A program made the position numbers and the translations under genes. The notes under the pieces were generated by a model that made no database searches, was not told where the DNA came from, and saw only the letters and a list, made by a program, of their open reading frames with translations. 48,991 nucleotides of DNA from Bacteroidota bacterium (lineage in GTDB: Bacteria; Bacteroidota; Bacteroidia; Bacteroidales; VadinHA17). Below, in pieces: positions 1-9,374 of the stretch (positions are counted from its first letter, which is position 1; every line of letters begins with the position of its first letter). The stretch spans positions 1-48,991 of the forward strand of contig JBBIIS010000005.1 in NCBI GenBank assembly GCA_037446375.1. The letters run 5' to 3'.

Positions 1-493
1 ATATGGATCCTCCCCATAGGTTTCATGACCTCTTCCCCATCTTGGATCGCGGAAGATATTTATATTGGGGGACCAGAATGTAAGTCCCTGGTAAATACCT
101 GTTTTACCTCTTCTCTGGAACTCATTGTATTTCGCCCGTGCCTCATCTGATATTGAAGAGGCCACGTTTAGCAAGAGTTGTTCATCCCACGAATTGGCAG
201 CAGTGATAGCCTGGGGGAAAACTGTTGCGTAGCCGGCTCTTGCAACCCCGTGAAGCGCTTCATTCCACCATGTATATGCTGGTATGCCAAGCCTTGGTAT
301 GGCAGGTGCGGTGTACAAAAGCTGATCTGCTTTTTCCTGGAGTGTCATTCTTGATACCAGGTCGTTCACCCTCTCTTCAGTCGAAAGTGACGTATTGCGG
401 TAAGGCAGATCCGATGAAGAGTTCTGTGAAAAGGCTGTTATGCAAGCCGCCTGAAATATGATTGAAAGAAATGCGAGTATTGTTTTTTTCATG
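1..493 (-). CDS. Glycoside hydrolase family 3 (beta-glucosidase/beta-xylosidase type), N-terminal part only; the gene runs off the left edge
   Basis: Reverse-complement translation from ATG at 493-491 gives [23 protein letters not shown] (signal peptide), then ...LQEKADQL...[18 protein letters not shown]...FPQAI...SWD...[25 protein letters not shown]. These are typical GH3 N-terminal domain motifs. It is missing from the ORF track because no stop lies inside the window. Confidence 0.85.
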
Positions 494-516
494 ATGTTTC
501 GGCTATTCAGTACTGT

Positions 517-1827
517 TTATACTTTGGGTAATTTCCATGGATCCCTGTAATTGGGTACTAGGTACTGGTTGGCATCATTGTCATTCGTAAATTTTGTTCC
601 GTCCCAGACTAGTTTCTTACCCGTGCGGTATGCTATATTTCCGAGGGCGGAGAACTTGGCAATATGTGCTGCGATATCAGGTGTCACGTGTGTATTAAAG
701 TCACGCCTTTTAATACAATCGAGGTGATTTGCCACATGGTTCTTCAGCCCTTCGCCGGTACCGTTCTTCCATGGAACTGCTTCCATCCTTCTGACATCAT
801 TTACAACCTCGGGAATAACTTCCCAGCCACCCCGGTCCACCACAAGAGTTCCGTTCTCACCTACAAATCCAAGAACTGCATTCCTCTTATATCCGCCATC
901 ATTTATCCCGATGGCATGGTCCCACATCACATTAAAACCATCAAATTCGTATATAGTCTGGAGGCTGTCGGGAGTCTCACAGGCATCATCCGGATAACCA
1001 TATTTCCCTCCCATAGCCATTATTGATTTGGGCGCGGTAACACCCATCCCGAAAAGGGCAAAATCAAGAAGATGAACACCCCAGTCTGTCATAAGGCCTC
1101 CCGCATAATCCCAGAACCATCTGAAGGTAAAATGGAACCTGTTCCTGTTGAAGGGTCTTGAAGGAGCCGGTCCGAGCCACATATCATAATCTACACCTGC
1201 AGGTACCGGTTCATCAGCAACTACGGGTATAGAAGTGTTCCATCCCTGGTATGAGTAAACCCTGACAAGACGTATTTTTCCAAGTTTGCCCGACTTTATA
1301 AAATCGACGGCATCAAGCCAGTGAGGATCACTTCTCTGCCATTGTCCGACCTGTACAACACGCTTGTATTTTTTAGCGGCCTTTACCATCAGGTTGCACT
1401 CCTCAATTGTCCTGCCTATCGGCTTTTCGCAGTAGACATCCTTCCCTGCCTCGCATGCGGAGATCATATGCAGACAGTGCCAGTGGTCGGGTGTGCCAAC
1501 AATTACAAGATCAATATCCTTATTGTCAATGACCCTTCTCCAGTCCTTATAGAGATTAGCCGGTGTGGCTCCCCTGATCTTCTGAACATCTGCAGCCCTT
1601 CGCTGCAGTACATTGTTATCAATATCGCAAAGAGCAAGGCACTCAACACCGGGATGCTTCAGAAACTCTGACAGGTCAGCAAATCCCATTCCGTTGCAGC
1701 CAATAAGGCCTACGTTAATCCTGTCTGACGGAGCACAACCTGTAATCGAGCTTGAAAAGGCAGGAAGAAGACTTATGCCTGCTGTCGTCAATGCAGTTGT
1801 TTTTATAAAATTTCTGCGTGTTGTCAT
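517..1827 (-). CDS. Gfo/Idh/MocA-family NAD(P)-dependent oxidoreductase with a twin-arginine (TAT) export signal
   Basis: N-terminus MTTRRNFIKTTALTTAGISLLPAF is a TAT-type signal. Rossmann motif VGLIGCNGMG, and EKP motif (VYCEKPIG) typical of Gfo/Idh/MocA. ATG start at 1827. Confidence 0.85.
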   Translation of the reverse strand: MTTRRNFIKTTALTTAGISLLPAFSSSITGCAPSDRINVGLIGCNGMGFADLSEFLKHPGVECLALCDIDNNVLQRRAADVQKIRGATPANLYKDWRRVIDNKDIDLVIVGTPDHWHCLHMISACEAGKDVYCEKPIGRTIEECNLMVKAAKKYKRVVQVGQWQRSDPHWLDAVDFIKSGKLGKIRLVRVYSYQGWNTSIPVVADEPVPAGVDYDMWLGPAPSRPFNRNRFHFTFRWFWDYAGGLMTDWGVHLLDFALFGMGVTAPKSIMAMGGKYGYPDDACETPDSLQTIYEFDGFNVMWDHAIGINDGGYKRNAVLGFVGENGTLVVDRGGWEVIPEVVNDVRRMEAVPWKNGTGEGLKNHVANHLDCIKRRDFNTHVTPDIAAHIAKFSALGNIAYRTGKKLVWDGTKFTNDNDANQYLVPNYRDPWKLPKV

Positions 1828-1906
1828 ATCAATATGTTTTTTGGGTTAGTATTTGTCACTGTTTTATTATTATCAGAATCAATGTATTATTATTTGATTT
1901 ATACGA

Positions 1907-2031
1907 CCCCCTTTCCCATTTCCCCTATGGGGAGGGCCGGCGTTAAGTCACGGCAATTTATTCCGGGATAGAGAAGGAGCCGGGTTGCATGGAGGCCCCA
2001 GCGGCAGTCAGGCTGGTTCGGGGAAATTGCC
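1907..2031 (-). repeat. Intergenic modular repeat, copy E1 (modules C, truncated A, B; inverted relative to E2/E3)
   Basis: RC of 1991-2031 (ggcaatttccccgaaccagcctgactgccgctggggcctcc) aligns at roughly 80% with 11134-11175. RC of 1907-1938 aligns at roughly 80% with 9332-9365. RC of 1952-1979 shares both ends (ctccttctc ... aaattgcc) with 11086-11128. GGCAATTT (1952-1959) and AAATTGCC (2024-2031) are complementary and could close a stem. Confidence 0.75.
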
Positions 2032-2061
2032 ATTTTATTCATGATTCACGATATTGATTAA

Positions 2062-3225
2062 CTATTGCTTTACCGAGAATCTGTAAATAGTTCGTGAAGC
2101 AAATGTTTCGCCAGGGCTGAGAACTGTTTCCGGGAAATCAGGATGATTGGGACTATCTGGGAAATGACCCGTTTCCAGACAGAGACCCGACCTGTATATA
2201 TATGGCTTCCCGCCGTGACCAATTTGTTTTCCGTCAAGGAAATTACCGCAATAGAACTGTACTCCGGGCTGATCTGTCATAACTTCCATGAGCCTTCCTG
2301 TAGAAGGATCATAAACTGTAGCATCTACTGGCTCTGCGTTATCGAGTACAAATGTATGATCATAGCCCTTCCCCATCTTAAGCTGGTCGTAGGGATCATT
2401 GATCCTCTCACCTACCGTATGAGGCTTAGTGAAATCGAAAGGTGTCCCATCCACTTTGCGAAGCTCTCCCGTCGGAATAAGTGTTGAATCGACAGCAACG
2501 AACCTTGAGGCTTTAATTTCAAGTTCATGGTCAAGGATATTACCATTTCCTGCACCATGAAGATTAAAATAGGCATGGTTTGTAATATTGAGGACAGTCT
2601 TCCTGTCCGATATACAGCTGTAGTCAATTATGATCTCATTCTGATCGGTCCATGTATAAATAACCTCCGCATCAATATTTCCCGGATAGCCTTCCTCCAT
2701 GTCGGGACTATGATACTTGAAACTGACAGTCGGGTACTTTTTATCTGCAACAGGCTTGCAATCCCAGACAACACTATGCCATCCGCCGGGTCCTCCATGA
2801 AGTGAGTTGGGCCCGTTATTGAGAGTGAGTAAATACTCCTTTCCGTCAAGTGAGAATCTGCCTTTGGCGATCCTGTTCGCATATCTTCCAACAACTGCAC
2901 CAAAATACGGATCACCCTTTACCATACTTTCAAAAGTATCATAGCCAAAGGTGACATTATCCTTTTTCCCGTTCCTGTCAGGCACCTCGATCAATGTTAT
3001 CCTGGCACCGAAATTTGTCAGCTTTAACACGTTGCCATCTTTGTTTGTAAGTGTGAGCAGATAAACATCCCTGCCTTTGAAATTCCCGTAAAATTCCTTC
3101 TTGACCATATCAATGCTTTTAGGTGGTTGATTGCAGGCAGTGAATACCATGCCTGAAGTAAAAATTGTTATTAATATCAGACTTGTTTTTTTCATCATTA
3201 GGTTCATTTCGTTCCTCCCTTTCAT
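2062..3225 (-). CDS. galM: Aldose 1-epimerase (galactose mutarotase family), lipoprotein-type signal
   Basis: Family motifs: ARITLIEVPD, GRYANRI, LNNGPNSLHGG, NHAYFNL, ETGHFPDSPN. ATG at 3225 overlaps the upstream stop (ATGA). The alternative ATG at 3207 is preceded by AGGGAGG with a 6-nt spacer and gives MNLMMKKTSLILITIFTSGMVFTAC. Confidence 0.9.
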   Translation of the reverse strand: MKGRNEMNLMMKKTSLILITIFTSGMVFTACNQPPKSIDMVKKEFYGNFKGRDVYLLTLTNKDGNVLKLTNFGARITLIEVPDRNGKKDNVTFGYDTFESMVKGDPYFGAVVGRYANRIAKGRFSLDGKEYLLTLNNGPNSLHGGPGGWHSVVWDCKPVADKKYPTVSFKYHSPDMEEGYPGNIDAEVIYTWTDQNEIIIDYSCISDRKTVLNITNHAYFNLHGAGNGNILDHELEIKASRFVAVDSTLIPTGELRKVDGTPFDFTKPHTVGERINDPYDQLKMGKGYDHTFVLDNAEPVDATVYDPSTGRLMEVMTDQPGVQFYCGNFLDGKQIGHGGKPYIYRSGLCLETGHFPDSPNHPDFPETVLSPGETFASRTIYRFSVKQ

Positions 3226-5231
3226 TTTAAAGTTGCACTGAACTGCCTGGCCGGTAATCCTTCACTGTTGAAAAGTGAAGCAACAGAACAGTTTCGCCAG
3301 CAGTATCTTACAGAAGTCGGCTCAACTACAATTGGTGATTCGACCCAAACTTCATTTTTGACGATTTTTGCTGATGCTTTAACGAATTTATTATCTTTTC
3401 CAGCTATCTCGAACTCATTGAGCTTATTGTCCTTTGCAATAAGACCGGTAGGGACATTAGCAAACTTAATCTTCAGTATTTTGCCCTCCTTGGCAAGCGA
3501 TTTGAATACCGGACCGTCCAGGTCCATTTTTTTCCCGTAATCATTTACAAGGGCAAGAGCTGCAAGCCTGTCGCCAACTTCCATCTTGAAGGGAGGATGA
3601 ATATTCATCACAGTGGCAATATCAAGAGTTATGACCATTCCTGTTTTGGGAAGCTCAAGAGCTTTTGTCTGGGCTTCTCTCAGCGGGGCAAGTTCTGTTG
3701 AGTCAGCACCTGAATATATATAAGGTGCGATCTGAACAAAATAGAAAGGGAAATCGCCCTCATTCCATGCCTCTCTCCAGTTCCTGATCATAAGAGGGAA
3801 GATCTTAGCGTACTGTTCGGCCCTGCCTACGTTGGCCTCTCCCTGGTACCATATCGCTCCTTTTATCCTGTAATCTTTTGCAGGGTTTACCATCCCGTTA
3901 AAAAGAGAGGCGGGAGTGTTCGGACCTATTGAAACTGGTCTTTTCTGTGCAAAATAATCATTCTTTAAGACGTCGAAAATATAGAATTTGCCTCCTGAAA
4001 GTTCAGCAACCGGCTGATATTTCCATTCACCTTCGATATCAAGTGCCCCTTTACCCGAACCTTTGAGCGCTATCTTCATGGATCCCTTTTTGCCATAAAG
4101 TCCGCCTCCGCCACCTGTATCCATCACCCTTACCGCTATTACATTTGTTCCTTTCTTTACAAGGCTCCCGGGAACTTCGTAGTTCCTGTCCTTCTGCCAG
4201 GCACCTGTCATCTGCATCTGACCCACAGGTTCTCCGTTAAAATAGGTACAGTCCATATCATCAATTGGTCCGAGAGAAAGGGTAAGGTTCTTTCCTGCAA
4301 GAGCTTCAGTGATCGTAATATTTTTCCTGAACCATATAGCACCATCGAAATCACCAATTACATTCTCGAAGAGCTGGGGCAGATTCATGGCTGGCCATGC
4401 ACTGTCGTCGAAAGTTGGTTTCGCAGCATCCTTATCTCCGAAATCAAGATCCTTCCATTTATCATCAGTAGTCCTTATTGCCTGCTGCTTATGCCCTTCC
4501 AGCCATTTATTGTATTCCCCGGCGAGTGGGGCCGATTCCTTTATTGCCTTCATTTCTGAAACAAATTCGACAGCGTTCTCAAGTGCTCCAGATGAAGTCC
4601 ATGCCTCAGAAGGTGTGCCTCCCCATGAAGATTCAAGAAGTCCGACTGGCTGCCTGATCTCTTCATGAAGCCGCTTGCCAAAGAAAAAGCCTGTTGCACT
4701 GAACTGTTTCACTGTTTCAGGCGTGCATACTACCCACTTCCCTGTGCAATCATCAAGAGGCTCAGCTGATACCCTTTTCTGAAGTATGAAAAGATGGATG
4801 CCGGGAATATTTGCACCCGCAATTGTTTTTGCCGAGTACATTATTGTATCGTTTGGCGGCCATCCTTCCATTGGCATTTCCATATTCGACTGGCCTGAAC
4901 AGAACCATACGTCACCGCATAAAATATTACTTATTGTAATTGAAGTATCAGACGCCGCGATCTTTATAGAATAAGGACCTCCGGCCTCAGGAGCAGGTAT
5001 CGTCACTTTCCATTTATTATCCTCCCCCGCTTTGGTACTTATCTCCTTTGACCAGGATGGGGTAACACTTATATCTTTACCTTTCATTGCCTTGCCCCAG
5101 ATATTGGCATCCATCTTCTGCTGGATAACCATGTTGTCACCAATAAGCGACGGAAGGCTCAGCTTTGACGGACCTCTGCTGCATCCTGCAATAAGCAGGA
5201 GAATCAGAAATAACAGTGATAATCTTTTCAT
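3222..5231 (-). CDS. SGNH/sialate O-acetylesterase-family carbohydrate esterase with an inserted galactose-binding-like domain; lipoprotein
   Basis: Signal LLLIAGCS. GQSNM catalytic serine block (FCSGQSNMEMP). WYQGE block. Central domain (FDDSAWPAMNLP...WFRKNITI...NVIAVRV) resembles a sugar-binding jelly roll. Confidence 0.8.
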   Translation of the reverse strand: MKRLSLLFLILLLIAGCSRGPSKLSLPSLIGDNMVIQQKMDANIWGKAMKGKDISVTPSWSKEISTKAGEDNKWKVTIPAPEAGGPYSIKIAASDTSITISNILCGDVWFCSGQSNMEMPMEGWPPNDTIMYSAKTIAGANIPGIHLFILQKRVSAEPLDDCTGKWVVCTPETVKQFSATGFFFGKRLHEEIRQPVGLLESSWGGTPSEAWTSSGALENAVEFVSEMKAIKESAPLAGEYNKWLEGHKQQAIRTTDDKWKDLDFGDKDAAKPTFDDSAWPAMNLPQLFENVIGDFDGAIWFRKNITITEALAGKNLTLSLGPIDDMDCTYFNGEPVGQMQMTGAWQKDRNYEVPGSLVKKGTNVIAVRVMDTGGGGGLYGKKGSMKIALKGSGKGALDIEGEWKYQPVAELSGGKFYIFDVLKNDYFAQKRPVSIGPNTPASLFNGMVNPAKDYRIKGAIWYQGEANVGRAEQYAKIFPLMIRNWREAWNEGDFPFYFVQIAPYIYSGADSTELAPLREAQTKALELPKTGMVITLDIATVMNIHPPFKMEVGDRLAALALVNDYGKKMDLDGPVFKSLAKEGKILKIKFANVPTGLIAKDNKLNEFEIAGKDNKFVKASAKIVKNEVWVESPIVVEPTSVRYCWRNCSVASLFNSEGLPARQFSATLK

Positions 5232-5257
5232 CTTAACTAATTTTAAGTATTGTCATA

Positions 5258-7669
5258 TTATTCGATAACCCATTCATGTATCCCTCCTGAGAAATTTTTT
5301 TTAAGCTTTACCATGATCCGCACAGCTGAAGTTGTAACCGGGGAGAAATTTACTGAATCCCACTCGTCCTTTGAAATTTTGTATGATGAAGGTTCCTTTA
5401 CAGGCTTCCACTGATCACCTGACCTGTACAATATCTTCCATTCATCCGGGATCCTGCATCCCCCGTCAGGACCATCATCGAACCAGTAAACTTTTGATCT
5501 TGAAACGGTCGCTACATTTTCTAGATCATATTCAACCCACTCCCATTTGTTTGTATCGGGCCACCAGTGGTAATAGCGCGAGGATTCATCATTGGAGCTT
5601 CTGGGTTCTGTCTGATCCTTCACAGCGGAAAGAGATTTTGTTATCTTGCTTGCGGTTATTTTGCTCCTGTATGCCAGAGTGGGGGCCGGAAAAGGCCTGG
5701 AGGAACTGTCATCTATGGGAAGCCATACACTCATCTCGCCGGAGCCCCTGTTATTCCAGAAAGCATAAGGGATAAGCAGAAGAGGCTGATCAGCACCAGT
5801 TTCGATCTTCCCGGTAAGGGTCTTTCTGGTTTGATAACCGGTAGCCCTGATTATTTCTGTCCCCCCCAGAAGATCATCATTATATTCTGCTGTCAGCGGG
5901 GCCTTTTTTCTGAGAACAAGGTTCAGAATTTTTCCATCATTGTTATCAGGCCACTCTGCACAGTAAATAACAGGACCTCTCTGTATTGCAAGCTTACCTA
6001 TGTCGTCTCTTATTTTTCCGTTGGCAGTTATCTTTCTTACAGCCATTGGAAAATCGATCTCAAGAGTATCCCCTTTTTCCCATTTGTGATCCAGTACCGC
6101 ATAGCCCTCGCTGATGCTTATTTTTTGCACCACTCCGTTCAGAACAAGGGTGATACTCTCCCTGGTAGTGTCCGCATAGGTGTAAAGGTTACCCGGCAAT
6201 GCCTCATTTACTGCCCATCCTGGTATCCTGATTCTTAGATTGAATCTGCTCTCTTTTTCAGGATTGACGCCAATAATAACTTTGCCATCCCAGGGAAACC
6301 CTGACTTCTGTGATATATTCACCTTGTCGGTCCCGACATTGAATTCTGCAGTATTGGATATGAAAAGGTTGATATACAGATCTTTATCTGTCACAGCATA
6401 TATATAACCCGGTATAGCGGGGATAAACCTGCAAACATTCGACGGGCAGCAGGCACACCCGAACCATGCACTTCTTTCCTGTTGTCCGGCCGATTCAAGA
6501 ACATTGGGATAGAAAAATCTGTCGGCAGAGAGAGAGACACCAGAAAGCATTGAGTTATATAAGGTCTTTTCAAGAACATCATAATACTTCGACTGACCGT
6601 GAAGGAGAAAAAGCCTCTGATTAAAAAATATATCACCTATTGACGCACAGGTTTCACAATAGGCCGACATATTGGGCAGAACAAATGGTTCTGCAAAACC
6701 TTCATTACCTCCTGATGCGCCAATTCCGCCTGTTATATACATTTTGCCATAAACAATATCCTCCCAAATCTTAGTTATTGCATTCAGATACTTTGGATCA
6801 TTTTCAAGGGCAGCAATATCTGCCATCCCGGAATACATATATGTTGCTCGCACTGCATGTCCGACAGCAGTTGTCTGGTCAACGGGCTTCAGGTTTGCCT
6901 GGTTATACTGCTGGCCCTTAGGCCCTCTGACATCGAGGAAGAACTTAGCCAGATCGAGGTATTTTTGTTCTCCTGTCACCCGGTAAAGCTTTACAAGTCC
7001 CATCTCAATAACCTGGTGACCTGGATAGACCTTGCATCTGTCCCAGCCAAAATCCCTGTTGACAAGATCGGCCGATTTAATTGCTATATTAAGCAGTGAT
7101 CTTTTTCCTGTCGCCTGGTAATGAGCAACTGCAGCCTCGTAAAGATGACCGAGGTTATATAATTCATGACTCAATATTGAATCATTCAGCCACCTTTTTT
7201 TGTTTGCCCAGGGATGAAGGCCGGCTCCGCCATGCATTTCAGCTATTGTCCTGTTCGTGTAGAGATAACCATCGGGTTCCTGGGCCTTCCCAATTTTCAT
7301 AATAAGTGTATCCAGCCACAATTCGAGCTTCGGATCGGGGAAGGTCTGAAGTGAATAGCTGGCCCCCTCAATTATCTTGAATACATCAGAATCGTCGAAA
7401 GGATAAATTGTCTGAAACTTTCCTGTATCAAGCTTCCCGGCGATCTCGAAGTTTTTGATCCTTCCTGTCGATTCACAATATCCGAAAGCGATCGGGATTG
7501 TAACATCGGCATTTTTCTTTATTCGTGGTTCCCAGAAATTATCTGTAAGCTTAACGGATGTAAAAGGAACCGGATGGATTGGATAATCGACCGATGCCCT
7601 TTTCTTTGAACACCCGGTAACAAGGATAAAAAGGGCTGGAAAAATCAAAAATTGTATGAGTTTCTTCAT
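5258..7669 (-). CDS. GH127 beta-L-arabinofuranosidase (DUF1680) with a C-terminal discoidin/F5-8-type domain; lipoprotein
   Basis: Signal ILVTGCSK. Cys-rich GH127 active-site blocks AYCETCAS and FGCACCPSNVCRF. Length 803 aa. Confidence 0.85.
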   Translation of the reverse strand: MKKLIQFLIFPALFILVTGCSKKRASVDYPIHPVPFTSVKLTDNFWEPRIKKNADVTIPIAFGYCESTGRIKNFEIAGKLDTGKFQTIYPFDDSDVFKIIEGASYSLQTFPDPKLELWLDTLIMKIGKAQEPDGYLYTNRTIAEMHGGAGLHPWANKKRWLNDSILSHELYNLGHLYEAAVAHYQATGKRSLLNIAIKSADLVNRDFGWDRCKVYPGHQVIEMGLVKLYRVTGEQKYLDLAKFFLDVRGPKGQQYNQANLKPVDQTTAVGHAVRATYMYSGMADIAALENDPKYLNAITKIWEDIVYGKMYITGGIGASGGNEGFAEPFVLPNMSAYCETCASIGDIFFNQRLFLLHGQSKYYDVLEKTLYNSMLSGVSLSADRFFYPNVLESAGQQERSAWFGCACCPSNVCRFIPAIPGYIYAVTDKDLYINLFISNTAEFNVGTDKVNISQKSGFPWDGKVIIGVNPEKESRFNLRIRIPGWAVNEALPGNLYTYADTTRESITLVLNGVVQKISISEGYAVLDHKWEKGDTLEIDFPMAVRKITANGKIRDDIGKLAIQRGPVIYCAEWPDNNDGKILNLVLRKKAPLTAEYNDDLLGGTEIIRATGYQTRKTLTGKIETGADQPLLLIPYAFWNNRGSGEMSVWLPIDDSSSRPFPAPTLAYRSKITASKITKSLSAVKDQTEPRSSNDESSRYYHWWPDTNKWEWVEYDLENVATVSRSKVYWFDDGPDGGCRIPDEWKILYRSGDQWKPVKEPSSYKISKDEWDSVNFSPVTTSAVRIMVKLKKNFSGGIHEWVIE

Positions 7670-7675
7670 TTCATG

Positions 7676-9241
7676 CTATTTTGAAATCTCAAGAACAACA
7701 ATTGATTTAGCCGGCAGGGTGATCATCAACCCTCCCTCCTTTATTTTGAATCCGGTAAAATTTGCCGGCTTGATATTTTCAGGCTTCTCGAATGAATTAA
7801 AAGTATTCATTTCACCTGATGTCAATATTTCTCCCTTTACATTTTTAATGGCAGCTCCGATTAAAGGACAATCGAGTATTATTTCTTTTCCGGGATTAAG
7901 GTTGGCGACGGATATGTGTATTTTTCCATCCTTATCAACAGATGCGGAGGCTGATATTGCAGGTATTTTTTTATCTCCCATAACGTAGTCCTCACATTTA
8001 AGATCACTTCTTAAAAGCCTGGCATCCTGGTGTATCCTGAACATTCTGAATACGTGGTAAGTAGGTGTAAGAACGATCTTATCATCCTTTGTAAGTATCA
8101 CAGCCTGAAGAACATTTACGGTCTGTGCAAGGTTTGCAACCTTTACCCTGTCGGCATGCTGATTGAATATATTAAGATGGATTGCCGCTGAAATGGCATC
8201 GCGTAAAGTATTCTGCTGATAGAGGAATCCAGGGTTTGTGCCTGGTTCAACCTTGAACCAGTTCCCCCATTCATCAACAACAAGTCCCTTTGTCTTTCCG
8301 GGATCATAGCGGTCCATTATTGCACTATGCCCCTTTATAAGGTCATCCATCTTGTAGTTTAAACGGAAAGTTTCAAACCAGTCGGATTCTTTAAACACAG
8401 TTGCGCTATTCATATTTCCCCATCCGCCTGGAACCGAGTAATAATGAAGCGAAAGGCCCTGAAACATGCCACGTGTACCGGGATCCTTCATTAAGGTCTC
8501 CGTCCATTCATAGTTGTTATCGTTGGCACCGCATGCTATCCGGTATAGATTATTACCTGCATAATCTCCGAGGTAGGTTGAATATTGCCTCATGACATCA
8601 GAGTAAAAATCAGCTGTCATATTTCCGCCGCATCCCCAATTCTCATTTCCTATTCCCCAGTATCTTACTTTCCATGGCAGTTCATGACCGTTCTCCTTAC
8701 GGAACAGAGTCATCGGACTAACTGAATTTGAAGTGAGGTATTCGACCCATTCTGCCATCTCCCTTACTGAACCCGAGCCAACATTGCCAGTAATATAGGC
8801 ATCACAGCCAACAAGTTCCGTCAGTTTCATGAACTCATGGGTGCCGAAAGAGTTATCCTCGGTAACACCTCCCCAGTTCGTATTTACAATTGAAGCTCTT
8901 TTATTCTGCGGACCTATTCCATCCTTCCAGTGATAGGTATCGGCGAAGCATCCTCCCGGCCAGCGCAGGGTCGGTATCTTCATCTCTTTAAGGGCTGAAA
9001 TGACATCGTTCCTTATACCATCGGTGTTAGGGATCTTTGAATCGCGTCCTACCCATATCCCGCCGTAGATGCACCCGCCGAGATGTTCCGAGAACTGTCC
9101 GTAAATATCCTTGCTGATTACCGGACCGGGATTGTTGGCAACGATTACGAGCTGATTGACTGGCAGAGATTCTTTCTGTGCGGATAAGTCAGACCCTGCA
9201 AGAAATAATCCGCCTGCTAAAAATGTTACTATCCATTTCAT
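7676..9241 (-). CDS. abfA: GH51 alpha-L-arabinofuranosidase, secreted
   Basis: LRWPGGCFAD, YWGIGNENWGCGG (acid/base Glu block) and VDEWGNW (nucleophile Glu block) are classic GH51 signatures. N-terminal signal peptide. Confidence 0.9.
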   Translation of the reverse strand: MKWIVTFLAGGLFLAGSDLSAQKESLPVNQLVIVANNPGPVISKDIYGQFSEHLGGCIYGGIWVGRDSKIPNTDGIRNDVISALKEMKIPTLRWPGGCFADTYHWKDGIGPQNKRASIVNTNWGGVTEDNSFGTHEFMKLTELVGCDAYITGNVGSGSVREMAEWVEYLTSNSVSPMTLFRKENGHELPWKVRYWGIGNENWGCGGNMTADFYSDVMRQYSTYLGDYAGNNLYRIACGANDNNYEWTETLMKDPGTRGMFQGLSLHYYSVPGGWGNMNSATVFKESDWFETFRLNYKMDDLIKGHSAIMDRYDPGKTKGLVVDEWGNWFKVEPGTNPGFLYQQNTLRDAISAAIHLNIFNQHADRVKVANLAQTVNVLQAVILTKDDKIVLTPTYHVFRMFRIHQDARLLRSDLKCEDYVMGDKKIPAISASASVDKDGKIHISVANLNPGKEIILDCPLIGAAIKNVKGEILTSGEMNTFNSFEKPENIKPANFTGFKIKEGGLMITLPAKSIVVLEISK

Positions 9242-9287
9242 ATCAAATAATATTTAAAGAAAGTCAAATCCGATCTAAAAATTTTAC

Positions 9288-9365
9288 CCCCTTCCCAGCC
9301 TTCCCCCGGCTGGAGCGAAATGAAACTACAAGGCCCTCGCCCATGGGGAAAACGGCAAAGGGGTG
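9288..9365 (+). repeat. Intergenic modular repeat, copy E2 (modules A + C)
   Basis: 9288-9330 aligns with 11086-11128 at 35 of 43 positions by eye. 9332-9365 aligns with RC of 1907-1938. Internal hairpin CCAGCC(9295-9300)/GGCTGG(9308-9313). CCCCTT (9288-9293) is complementary to AAGGGG (9358-9363), closing a 76-nt unit. Confidence 0.75.
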
Positions 9366-9374
9366 TTTTGATTT

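Noticed and set aside
5567-6238. 223-aa ORF on the plus strand (also 5371-5775, 134 aa) inside the GH127 gene
   Set aside because: It is entirely antisense to a gene with strong family motifs. Its composition (Cys/Ser/Pro-rich, no recognisable motifs) is typical of shadow ORFs. The same holds for 40000-40446 (antisense to VIT1), 34324-34713 (antisense to the RND pump), 43234-43662, 30184-30558 and other track ORFs nested in recognised genes.
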